Below, piece after piece: positions 1 to 7,711 of a stretch of DNA of 24,000 bases (positions within the stretch are counted from its first letter, which is position 1; each line of letters begins with the position of its first letter). Position numbers and translations under genes: made by a program. This DNA is from Acidimicrobiales bacterium (GTDB lineage Bacteria > Actinomycetota > Acidimicrobiia > Acidimicrobiales > AC-14). The stretch lies in contig JBQTHD010000019.1 of the NCBI GenBank assembly GCA_052390275.1, positions 36 to 24,035 of the forward strand. Reading direction: 5' to 3'. The notes under the pieces are model-generated. The model was not told the DNA's origin and searched no databases. It saw only the letters and a program-made list of their open reading frames with translations.

Positions 1-24
1 CTCCAACGGGAATGCTTTAGCCAT
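1..24 (-). CDS. 5' end (first 8 codons, MAKAFPLE...) of an unidentified CDS running off the left edge
   Basis: Minus-strand ATG at 24..22, preceded 7 nt upstream by the AGGAG core (complement of 32-36) of GAAGGAG (complement of 32-38). A second in-frame ATG lies at 30..28. Truncated by the window edge, so the product cannot be identified. Confidence 0.3.
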
Positions 25-414
25 GATCATGCTCCTTCTAGTGAGGAGAGGCCCTCACGTTAGTCGGAGTCAACCGATATAGGGGCAGACCCACCCAGCG
101 GCCGTCGGCTGCTGATGACAGCTGTGCCTCGCAGCGGTTCCTAGTGGTCTGTCTGCAAATTGGCTGGGTGGGTACGGCGAGCCACTCGGCGTTCATGGCA
201 AGGCGCGAGGTCGAGGGAATACCCGTAGGTCTTTCGAGGCCGAGCAACGCCGCCAGGGGCGCCGATGGCCGTCGTAACCACCAGATCAATTCGGCGACAG
301 ACCACTAGTTCCGCACCTTCAGCACAAAGGGACACGCTGGACGGCCACGAAGCTCAAGATGATTGATCATTCTGCCGAGGCGGGTCTGGGAATCCAGCCG
401 GCGCAGGGCCACGG
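25..414 (-). promoter_or_regulatory. long non-coding region, candidate structured 5' leader (or independent ncRNA) of unknown class
   Basis: About 390 bp with no convincing ORF; the track ORFs here are Arg/Pro-rich with no motifs. The region looks less GC-rich than flanking genes. Perfect 13-bp inverted repeat CTAGTGGTCTGTC (141-153) / GACAGACCACTAG (296-308). Perfect 11-bp inverted repeat 89-99 / 163-173. Two mutually exclusive hairpins lie next to the SD: 32-36/44-48 and 41-46/53-58. Confidence 0.3.
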
Positions 415-458
415 CAAAAGCAAGACCCCGCCGGCGAACCGGCGGGGTCTTGTCGTTT
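415..458. terminator. bidirectional rho-independent terminator
   Basis: Perfect 14-bp stem CAAGACCCCGCCGG (421-434) / CCGGCGGGGTCTTG (439-452) with a CGAA loop. It is flanked by CAAAAG (415-420, a U-tract for the minus strand) and TCGTTT (453-458, for the plus strand). It sits 31 nt downstream of the stop of the minus-strand lipoprotein gene. Confidence 0.75.
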
Positions 459-488
459 ACGGCGTGGCGGCCAGAGGCCGCCGATGGG

Positions 489-1760
489 CTATGAGGAGAA
501 CTTCTCGGGGAACTTCTTGACAGTCGCCTCGGCCAGCACGTCGGCGGTGTCCGACATGTGGGCCACGGCCGCACGGAGAGCCTTGGCCGTCCCGGGGGCG
601 TCCTTGGCAGCCTGGGCGTCGATCACGGCGGCCAGGGTGGTGATGTGCATGGTGACGGCTTCCTCGACGGCTGCGGCCGGGAGGTTGCTGTTGACCGTGT
701 TGATGGTCTCACCAAAGGTCTTGGCGTAGGCCAAAAGGTCGGCAACGGCCTTGTCGGCCCCCGCCTTGTTGTTGGCGGCCTTGGCCTGGGTGTAGGCGAC
801 GACGGCCGGGATGTGGCCGTTGGAGCGCCACAGACCATCGAAGGCGGTTCCGACTTCGGAGCCGTAGACGCTGCCCACGGCGGCCGTCAGGTCGGCGGTG
901 TTGCTGCCGGTGAGGCCGTTCAGGGCAGTGGCGGCGGCGTTGAACTGGGGCGTACGGCCTCCCAGGGCACCACCGGTGGCGCTGGCCGCCAGCAGGACGT
1001 GCTCCCGCAGCAGCGAGGTCAGGCCCGAGCGCAGCTCTGCGGCCTTGGAGTCAGCGGCGCCGTCGAACTTCTCGGGGAACTTGGCGGCGGTGGCCCCGGC
1101 CAGAGCGGTGGCCAGATCACCCATGTGGGCGTAGGCGGCCCGGAGAGACGTGTACACCTTGGTCTGGTCGCCAGCCTTCTGTGCGTCGATGACCTCCTTG
1201 AGAGTGGTGATGTGCATCACGACACCCTCTTCGACCGCAGCGGCAGGCAGGTTGGAGTTGACGGTGTTCAGGGTCTCACCGAACGTCTTGGCGTAAGCCA
1301 AAAGGTCGGCAACAGCCTTGTCGGCGCCCGCCTTGTTGTTGGCGGCAATGGCCTGGGTGTAGGCGACCACGGCCGGGATGTGGCCGTTGGAGCGCCACAG
1401 ACCGTCGAACGCCTTGCCAACCTCAGAGCCGTAAGCCGAGGTGACGGCTGCAGTCAGGTCCGCGGTGTTGGAGTCGGTAGGCCCGTTGAGGGCGGTGGCG
1501 AATGCGGTGAAGCCGGGCGTGTCGCCCCGCAGAGCGGCGCCGGTGGCCAGAGCGGCCAGGTAGACGTGCTCGGAGAGCAACCCGGTGAGGCCGGCACGGA
1601 GAGTGGCGGCGCCGGTGGTGGAGGTGGCGACCTCCGTGGCGGGAGCCGTGGTCTCGGTGGTCTCGCCAGCGGTGGTCTCGGTGCTCTCTTCCTCAGTGCT
1701 GCCACCGCAGGCGGTGGCAGTGAGGACCAGAGCAAGGGCCCCCCCGGTCAGCTTGGTCAT
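489..1760 (-). CDS. secreted lipoprotein of unknown function built from two tandem ~179-aa helical repeats
   Basis: ORF 489..1805; I place the start at the ATG at 1760 (MTKLTGGALALVLTATACGG, a signal peptide plus lipobox-like Cys). A Thr/Glu-rich linker follows, then two homologous units, each ending FPEKF. I do not recognise the family. Confidence 0.75.
   Translation of the reverse strand: MTKLTGGALALVLTATACGGSTEEESTETTAGETTETTAPATEVATSTTGAATLRAGLTGLLSEHVYLAALATGAALRGDTPGFTAFATALNGPTDSNTADLTAAVTSAYGSEVGKAFDGLWRSNGHIPAVVAYTQAIAANNKAGADKAVADLLAYAKTFGETLNTVNSNLPAAAVEEGVVMHITTLKEVIDAQKAGDQTKVYTSLRAAYAHMGDLATALAGATAAKFPEKFDGAADSKAAELRSGLTSLLREHVLLAASATGGALGGRTPQFNAAATALNGLTGSNTADLTAAVGSVYGSEVGTAFDGLWRSNGHIPAVVAYTQAKAANNKAGADKAVADLLAYAKTFGETINTVNSNLPAAAVEEAVTMHITTLAAVIDAQAAKDAPGTAKALRAAVAHMSDTADVLAEATVKKFPEKFSS
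498..1601 (-). repeat. intragenic tandem duplication, period 567 nt (189 codons)
   Basis: Unit A is 1065-1601 and unit B is 498-1034. The core 730-835 versus 1297-1402 differs at about 5 positions by eye. Shared peptide: DGLWRSNGHIPAVVAYTQA.AANNKAGADKAVADLLAYAKTFGET.NTVNSNLPAAAVEE. Confidence 0.9.
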
Positions 1761-1879
1761 TACCTTGCGATTCACTCTGTTCGGTCCTCCATGGTCCGTT
1801 GGCATCTTGGGGTCGTGCGGTGGAACTTAGAACTGCGGGTACTGCGGTACAACGAACTCGCCGTCGCGGCCTGGGCCGA

Positions 1880-2323
1880 TCAGGCGACTGTGACTTCCCC
1901 GGTCATGGTGGCCGGATGGATCTCACAGAAATAGGGGAAGGTTCCAGGCTCGGAAAACTCGAACTCGTAGGTCTCGCCCTTCTCCAGATTGGCCGAACTG
2001 AACTTGCCATCGGAGTTGGAGGTGACCCCTGACCCCCCCTGGGTCACGGTGCCCGAAGTCACGGTGTGAAAACCCGCATCCTTCTGGGTCCACGTCACCG
2101 TAGTGCCCGGCGACACGGTGAGCTTGGCTGGCTTGTAGGCAATGAGGGACATCTCCACCGCCGAACCCCCACTGGCGCCCTCGCCACTGGTGGATCCCGT
2201 GCTGCCGGGGTCGTCGGTGGCCGATTCGCCGCCGCCGCCACAGGCCGCCCCCACCAGTGCCAGGGCCGAGATTGCGCACAACCAGGTTCGTCTCACGTGC
2301 CTTTCTACGGCGCCACCTGGCAT
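1880..2323 (-). CDS. cupredoxin (plastocyanin/azurin-like type 1 copper protein), lipoprotein
   Basis: Signal/lipobox LCAISALALVGAACGG. Candidate copper ligands are FHTV (His) and the C-terminal YFCEIHPATM (Cys-x2-His-x3-Met), followed by a final beta strand GEVTVA. An alternative GTG start lies at 2296. Confidence 0.85.
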   Translation of the reverse strand: MPGGAVERHVRRTWLCAISALALVGAACGGGGESATDDPGSTGSTSGEGASGGSAVEMSLIAYKPAKLTVSPGTTVTWTQKDAGFHTVTSGTVTQGGSGVTSNSDGKFSSANLEKGETYEFEFSEPGTFPYFCEIHPATMTGEVTVA

Positions 2324-2362
2324 GTGGATGGATTCAGCGCCAGCACCATCTGGCGCAGAGTT

Positions 2363-3610
2363 CTAAACCAAGGAGATCTCGTGACAGAAGGGACGGCCGT
2401 CGAAGGAGTGAGGGGCCGCGCCCGTCACGACCGCCTCGGCCAGGACGACATCGGTCGGTTGGGCCCACAGTCCCTTGAGGGCCGAGGCCAGCGGGTCGGC
2501 GACGTCGAGCCCCAGGGAAAGGAACGAGTACCCGGCCCCCACCCCCCGGTTGGCCGCCCCAACCACCAGGGCCCGGGCCACGTCCATGCGGTCGTCGGAG
2601 ACACAAAGGTGGACCAGGCTGAGGTTGCGCAGGGCCTGTCCGGGAGCGGGCAGGCGGGTGGCCCTGACCAGGGGTGCGGCCAGGTTGAACACCCGGCGCA
2701 CCATCGCCAGGCGGGAGGAGTAACCCGTGACCCGGAATCGCTTGAACGAGTCGGTGTCCCAGACCCCGGCCAGGCCGACCAGCCGCCCGGACCGATCGCG
2801 AACCAGCAGATAGGACGGGTAGTCGAGACCGGGGGCCGCATTGATGAAGGCGTCGAGGCCAGCCTCGTCCAGGCATCCCCTGAGTTGGCGCGACGGTGCC
2901 CACCGCCGCCACAGATCGGCCATCTCCGCCAGGTCGGACGGCGCCGCCGGGGCGGTGGACAACTCACCAGGCAAACGTCGCCGCAGGAGCAGGGGGAGGC
3001 TGTAGGCCCGGATGGTGGTCAGAGGGTGGACCCGGGGAAGCCCTCGCGGGCCCTCGAAGCGCTTCTCCATCGCCTGATTGCCGCCCAGCACGGTCATGAC
3101 CACCAGCCCCGTCGGGCCGACCGCCTCCAGGCAACGCTTGGTCGCCCAGCGGCTGAGGGCATCGCCGACGCCTTGGCCCCGGAACTGCGGAAGTACCTTC
3201 AGGTCGCTCACATACATCGCCGAGGTTGGCCGCCCGTCGTGGTGAAGACGTCGCAGGGCGACGGCAATGCAGCCCACTACACGGTCGTCAATCTGAACTA
3301 CTCCGGCCCGCCACGGCTGCGTCCACCCCGGGGGGAGCGAATCGTCATAATCCGCTGCCACCTCGGACTCGAGGCGGTTGAGAACGAAGAAATCCGGCGC
3401 CCGATCCGACGCCAGGGCGATGTCGCCCTCCATGGGACACGCAACCGAAAGCGCCACCAGATCGGGATTGTCCGCCTCCTGGCCCTCTCGTACCTCCCAG
3501 GCGTCGTGGCCTTTGCCGTCGGGATTGAAATGGTCGTTGACCAGTCCTTCAACCGCGTCGTCGTCCGCCGGGTCCGCCTCGTCACCGGCGGATCCAGGGA
3601 CAATCGTCAT
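2363..3610 (-). CDS. two-lobed GNAT-family acyltransferase (415 aa)
   Basis: Acyl-CoA-binding motif VLPQFRGQGVGDALSRWATKRC in the N-terminal half, and a second GNAT-sized lobe in the C-terminal half. The start ATG overlaps the upstream gene's stop (ATGA at 3607-3610). Confidence 0.65.
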   Translation of the reverse strand: MTIVPGSAGDEADPADDDAVEGLVNDHFNPDGKGHDAWEVREGQEADNPDLVALSVACPMEGDIALASDRAPDFFVLNRLESEVAADYDDSLPPGWTQPWRAGVVQIDDRVVGCIAVALRRLHHDGRPTSAMYVSDLKVLPQFRGQGVGDALSRWATKRCLEAVGPTGLVVMTVLGGNQAMEKRFEGPRGLPRVHPLTTIRAYSLPLLLRRRLPGELSTAPAAPSDLAEMADLWRRWAPSRQLRGCLDEAGLDAFINAAPGLDYPSYLLVRDRSGRLVGLAGVWDTDSFKRFRVTGYSSRLAMVRRVFNLAAPLVRATRLPAPGQALRNLSLVHLCVSDDRMDVARALVVGAANRGVGAGYSFLSLGLDVADPLASALKGLWAQPTDVVLAEAVVTGAAPHSFDGRPFCHEISLV

Positions 3611-4764
3611 CCGGTCACTCGGCAGGCGGCCAAACGGCGCTGCACGGCGCTGCGGTCGGCCAGAATCAGCGTCTCCCCGCGAGGGCGATCCTCCTCGATC
3701 CGGCCGGCCCAGGCGGGAGGTATCTCCGTCCAGCCCAGGAAGTTGCGGATCACCAGAGGGGCTCCGGCGACAGCGGTACGCACCACCTGGGCGAGCAGTT
3801 CATGCAGTTGCACGGCAGTCAGCCACTCGCAGATGTTCGACAGGGCGAAGCCGTCAACGCTCTGGGCCGGCTGCGTGGCCAGGTAGGACGCCACGTCGGT
3901 GGCCACCAGCGTGAGTCGCCCCAGGGCGTCATCGCCCCCTGAGGAAGCCGACGCGTCACTGCCCCGCCTGTCCGGGTCGGGGCTCAGGTAGGGAGGGACC
4001 CCGCCGGACTCGGTCCCTGGGTACCGCCCGGTGAGCATGTGGTGAACGAAGTAGTTGGTGGCGATCGGAATGGCAGTGAGGGTGTGGTCGGCTGCGGCGC
4101 GAAAATGGCGTGCGAAGCTGGGGTTGTCGACGTGGGCGAAGAAGGCCGGGTCATAGGCCCGGCGAAGGACCGCCCGGTTGAGCAGCACCGCGAAGAAGGC
4201 CCTCCAGCGTGGGGTGTCCCACTCGGAAGCGAACAGGCGCTGCTGGGCCTCGAGAGTAGGGGCGGCCAGCATGCGTTCGATCCGGCCGGTCGGGTGAACG
4301 CCGGTCCTGAGAGCGGCAACCACCGTGGCGATGAATCTCTCGGTCACGCCGGAGCCCAGCACCCCCTTGTCGATGGCCCGGGAGTGGAGGCTCCAATAGG
4401 AACGGGCGGCGGGGGACAACCCGGGGGCCAACCGAGAAAAGGCCCGACGCCGTTGTTCGGGCCGGGCGCCATGGCCACCCAGAAAGGCCGTCGCCTCCTC
4501 GTGCCCCAGTTCGCCAACAGCCAGGGCCTTCAGTTCCACCAGGTGGAGTTGGGTGCGGTTCAGGTCGACCGCCACCACCTGTCCCTGGCCCCGATGCAGG
4601 AGGGACAAAGCGGTGCACCCTCCTGACGCCACCACCACCACCCTCCCGTCGAGGGCAGGCGCCAGGACGTCGAGTTCGAGGAGGGGATCCTCCCTGACCT
4701 GGGCGAAGAACAGCCGGTCGTCCTGGCCTCCTCCCGGATCGAGCCGACGGATCGGCCCGGTCAT
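3607..4764 (-). CDS. DUF3419 / BtaA-like protein (homolog of SAM:diacylglycerol 3-amino-3-carboxypropyl transferase)
   Basis: N-terminal FAQVREDPLLELDVL followed by a Rossmann-like VVVVASGGCTALSLL, the pattern I associate with DUF3419/BtaA. ATG at 4764. Confidence 0.7.
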   Translation of the reverse strand: MTGPIRRLDPGGGQDDRLFFAQVREDPLLELDVLAPALDGRVVVVASGGCTALSLLHRGQGQVVAVDLNRTQLHLVELKALAVGELGHEEATAFLGGHGARPEQRRRAFSRLAPGLSPAARSYWSLHSRAIDKGVLGSGVTERFIATVVAALRTGVHPTGRIERMLAAPTLEAQQRLFASEWDTPRWRAFFAVLLNRAVLRRAYDPAFFAHVDNPSFARHFRAAADHTLTAIPIATNYFVHHMLTGRYPGTESGGVPPYLSPDPDRRGSDASASSGGDDALGRLTLVATDVASYLATQPAQSVDGFALSNICEWLTAVQLHELLAQVVRTAVAGAPLVIRNFLGWTEIPPAWAGRIEEDRPRGETLILADRSAVQRRLAACRVTG

Positions 4765-4829
4765 CTGCCGGTGCCCATTGGCTCAGCCATGGGTAGTGGT
4801 GTAACACCTTCGGGCGCGCGGAGCGGCGG

Positions 4830-6710
4830 ATGCAGTCGGGGCCCTTCGGTCGTACCATCGAACAGATGGTCAACCGGATGGACGTGCTGTCCGGATGGCT
4901 GACTGAGGGGAATCGGCCGGGCCGTGAACGCCCGGCTATCGAGCACGCTCAGAATCGCCAGCCTTCGCTCACCGGTTCGGGTCTGGTTGGTGCGGTCGAG
5001 GCCATTGACAACGACCTCGCCGCCCACGGTGCTGGCCCCGGCGACCGGGTGATCCTGTGGGACGAGCCCGGCCCCGCCTGGCTGGCCGCCTGGTTGGGAG
5101 CGCTTCGCCGGGGATGCGTGACAGTTCCCCTCGATTCACGCTTGACCGACGCCGAGGCTCGATCCCTGATCGACCGGTCCCAAGTGACCGCAGCGGTTAC
5201 CGGGCCGACGTTCGCCAGCCGCTGGGCGGCCGCGGGGCACCGACCGGCAATCTTGGCCTGGGAGCACGTATCTGCCGCCGCCGGTACCGGGCCCACCATC
5301 GAATCGAACCAAAGCGCCGAGCCCGGACAACTCCCGGAGTCCCCCGGGGCCCTGGAGGTTGCGGCGGCCGACCCGGTCACCTTGGTATGGACCTCAGGCA
5401 CCACGGGAGCGCCTCGCGGGGTGCTGCTCTCTGGCCTCAACCTGGCCTATGTCGTGGAACAGGTGGCGACGGGTCAGACCTTGAGCGCGTCCGACCGGTG
5501 GCTATCGGTTCTGCCCCCCAACCACCTCCTGGAGTTGGTGTGCGGGTTGCTGCCGGCCTTGTCCACCGGCGCCTCCACCATCGTGGCCGGGACACTCATG
5601 CCCGGTGACCTGGTCACCATGGTGGCCGAGAAGGCCATCACCCACATGGTGGTCGTCCCGGCCGTGCTGGCCGGACTGGCGAAATACCTGCAGGCGGGCT
5701 CCGCTGACGCCACGGCCGACGGTCGGTTGTCGAGCCTGAAGGCCGTCTACTGCGGCGGGGCGGCGCTGGACCCGGGTATCGCCCTGGCCATGGAACGGGT
5801 CGGCGTCGTCGTGTACCCGGGCTACGGATTGACCGAGACCAGCCCCGTGGTGGCCATGTGCGCCCCGGGGTCGATTCGATACGGGTCCGTCGGGCGGCCG
5901 TTGGCCGGTACCGAGGTCCGCCTCAGGGCGCCCGATCGCCAGGCAGCAGGGGCGCCCACAGATGACCCGGCGACGGCTGCAGAAGTGATCCGGGCCGAGG
6001 CGGACCATCCCGGCGAGGGGGAACTCTGCGTCCGCGGGCCTGGGGTGATGCTCGGCTACTGGAACGACCCCGAGGCCACCGCCAACGCCATCGATACCCA
6101 GGGATGGCTGGGAACGGGGGACCTGGCCACGATCGATCCCCAGGGTTTCATCACCATTACCGGACGGGTTTCGGTTCGGATCGTTCTCATCTCGGGGAAG
6201 AAGGTGGATCCCACCGAGGTTGAGAACGCGCTCACCGCCGATGGCACCTTTGCCGAGGCCTGCGTCCTTGCCTGGCCGCCGCCGGCCCGCCCCGGGGTCG
6301 GGGGCGGGGGCAGGGGCGGGGCGGCCAAGTCCGTCGAGGTGATCGGCATCGTTCGCCCCAGCGGTGATTACCTCCTCGCCGGCACCGGACCGGTATCTAG
6401 ACCGGTCCCTGGCACTTCGGTCGTTGCAACCGGGCCTGCTGAATGGGCAACCGAGGTTGCCACTGGCCTAGTGGGCCGGCTCAGCCCCTACAAGCGCCCC
6501 CATCGCATCCTGGTTCATCCCGGTCCTCTGCCGCGAACCGCCAAAGGCACCGTTCGGCGGGGCGAAGTCGCGGCCTGGCTGGCGCGGACTCTCGATCCCG
6601 CTGTCCAGGAACACCATGAGGCTGGAGACCCGACGACGACCCGAATTGACGACACCTCACGTCACCGGATTGTCGACACGGCAAGCGGATCGTCCGGGAC
6701 GGCTGGCTGA
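4830..6710 (+). CDS. adenylate-forming acyl ligase (fatty acyl-AMP/acyl-CoA/acyl-ACP ligase family)
   Basis: Motifs LVWTSGTTGAPRGVLLS, YPGYGLTETS, GWLGTGDLATID and C-terminal PRTAKGTVRR. Start uncertain (4830, 4866 or 4878). Its stop overlaps the next start (TGATG 6708-6712). Confidence 0.85.
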   Translation: MQSGPFGRTIEQMVNRMDVLSGWLTEGNRPGRERPAIEHAQNRQPSLTGSGLVGAVEAIDNDLAAHGAGPGDRVILWDEPGPAWLAAWLGALRRGCVTVPLDSRLTDAEARSLIDRSQVTAAVTGPTFASRWAAAGHRPAILAWEHVSAAAGTGPTIESNQSAEPGQLPESPGALEVAAADPVTLVWTSGTTGAPRGVLLSGLNLAYVVEQVATGQTLSASDRWLSVLPPNHLLELVCGLLPALSTGASTIVAGTLMPGDLVTMVAEKAITHMVVVPAVLAGLAKYLQAGSADATADGRLSSLKAVYCGGAALDPGIALAMERVGVVVYPGYGLTETSPVVAMCAPGSIRYGSVGRPLAGTEVRLRAPDRQAAGAPTDDPATAAEVIRAEADHPGEGELCVRGPGVMLGYWNDPEATANAIDTQGWLGTGDLATIDPQGFITITGRVSVRIVLISGKKVDPTEVENALTADGTFAEACVLAWPPPARPGVGGGGRGGAAKSVEVIGIVRPSGDYLLAGTGPVSRPVPGTSVVATGPAEWATEVATGLVGRLSPYKRPHRILVHPGPLPRTAKGTVRRGEVAAWLARTLDPAVQEHHEAGDPTTTRIDDTSRHRIVDTASGSSGTAG

Positions 6711-7711
6711 TGGTCGCCGTATATCGGGATCCGGCCTACCTCGATGGGATCGGATGGTGTCTGGGAAGCCAGCGCCAAACGGTTCCTGAGGCCCTGGCCG
6801 CCGGTCGGGTCCGGGCCAGCGCGCAGGCGTTCGCGTCGGCCGGCTTCGTCAGCCATCACGTCTGCAGCGACGGTGAAACGGCCTACGACCTGGCCCTGGC
6901 CGCCGCCACCCAGGCCGGGGAAAAGGCGATGACGGGCGTGGGGGCCATCATCTATTCCACGTGCCTGCCGACCAACGCCAACCTGGCCGGGCCCGCTGAG
7001 TTCGCCTCCAGCCGGGACGTGAAGCACCTCATGGACTTCCCCGCCAGCCGCCTGCAGCGAGACCTGGATCTCCCCGATGCGTTCGTGATCGGGCTTACCC
7101 AACAGGCCTGTACGGCCATGTTGGGGTCACTTCGCCTGGGCACCGCCCTGCTCGGCTCCGAAGCCGGCTTGGATGCGATCCTGTGCGTCACCGCCGACCG
7201 GTTCCCCCCGGGGGCCCTTTACGAACAGGCCTACAACCTGGTCTCCGACGGGGCCGCTGGCTGTGTGGTCTCCCGGAGCCCCGGTCGGTACCGGATCCTT
7301 GCCGCCCACCATCTGACCCGGGGTGGCCTGGTTCACGCCGGCGACGACGAGACCATTGGCGCCTTTTTCGCCGCCACCGGGCAGTTGATGACAGAACTGA
7401 TGGAGGGCTGCGGACTCCAGCCTGCCCAGGTTCACCGGGTGGTGACGCAGAACACCGACCCACGGGCGTGGCGAATCTTGGGGCCCACGCTGGGATTCGG
7501 TCCGTCACAGATCTGGGCGCCCACTCTGGCCGAGGTCGGTCACGTGATCAGCGCTGACAGCCTCATCAACCTGGCCGCACTTGACGACGTCGACCGTGCC
7601 GGGGGAGGGGCCCAACCGGGCGATCTGATCATCCTGGTCATGGCCGGTTACGGCCTGAATACCCAAGCCGTCCTGCTCGAGCGGGTGGCCGCCGCCGGTC
7701 CGGCGGCCTGA
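6710..7711 (+). CDS. KAS III (FabH)-like enzyme with a non-canonical catalytic triad
   Basis: Thiolase-fold pattern: GLTQQACTAMLGSL (Cys nucleophile context), VSDGAAGCVV, and C-terminal VMAGYGLNTQAVLLE. The FabH HQAN motif reads VTQNT and the GNTSAAS motif reads GHVISAD (alignment by eye). Confidence 0.75.
   Translation: MVAVYRDPAYLDGIGWCLGSQRQTVPEALAAGRVRASAQAFASAGFVSHHVCSDGETAYDLALAAATQAGEKAMTGVGAIIYSTCLPTNANLAGPAEFASSRDVKHLMDFPASRLQRDLDLPDAFVIGLTQQACTAMLGSLRLGTALLGSEAGLDAILCVTADRFPPGALYEQAYNLVSDGAAGCVVSRSPGRYRILAAHHLTRGGLVHAGDDETIGAFFAATGQLMTELMEGCGLQPAQVHRVVTQNTDPRAWRILGPTLGFGPSQIWAPTLAEVGHVISADSLINLAALDDVDRAGGGAQPGDLIILVMAGYGLNTQAVLLERVAAAGPAA

Noticed and set aside
25-414. RNase P RNA, tmRNA, SRP RNA, tRNA, or a cobalamin/TPP/T-box leader
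   Set aside because: I looked on both strands for signature strings and found none intact: GAGGAAAGTCC and ACAGAACCCGG for RNase P, a GGTTCGA-type T-arm plus ACCA for tmRNA/tRNA, GTCCGGAAGGAAGCAGC for SRP, CTGAGA…CCTGATCTGG…GCCAG for TPP, and GGTGGTACCGCG for T-box. Only partial resemblances were seen (GAATTGATCTGG, GGGAATCCAG). The region is left unassigned.
558-1934. 458-aa plus-strand ORF covering the lipoprotein gene
   Set aside because: Antisense shadow ORF typical of high-GC DNA. It is Gly/Arg/Val-rich with no motifs, whereas the minus strand encodes a signal-peptide lipoprotein with a clean internal repeat.
2066-3886. 606-aa plus-strand ORF
   Set aside because: It is antisense to three motif-supported minus-strand genes (cupredoxin, GNAT, DUF3419). 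It has Arg/Gly/Pro-rich low complexity and crosses gene boundaries.
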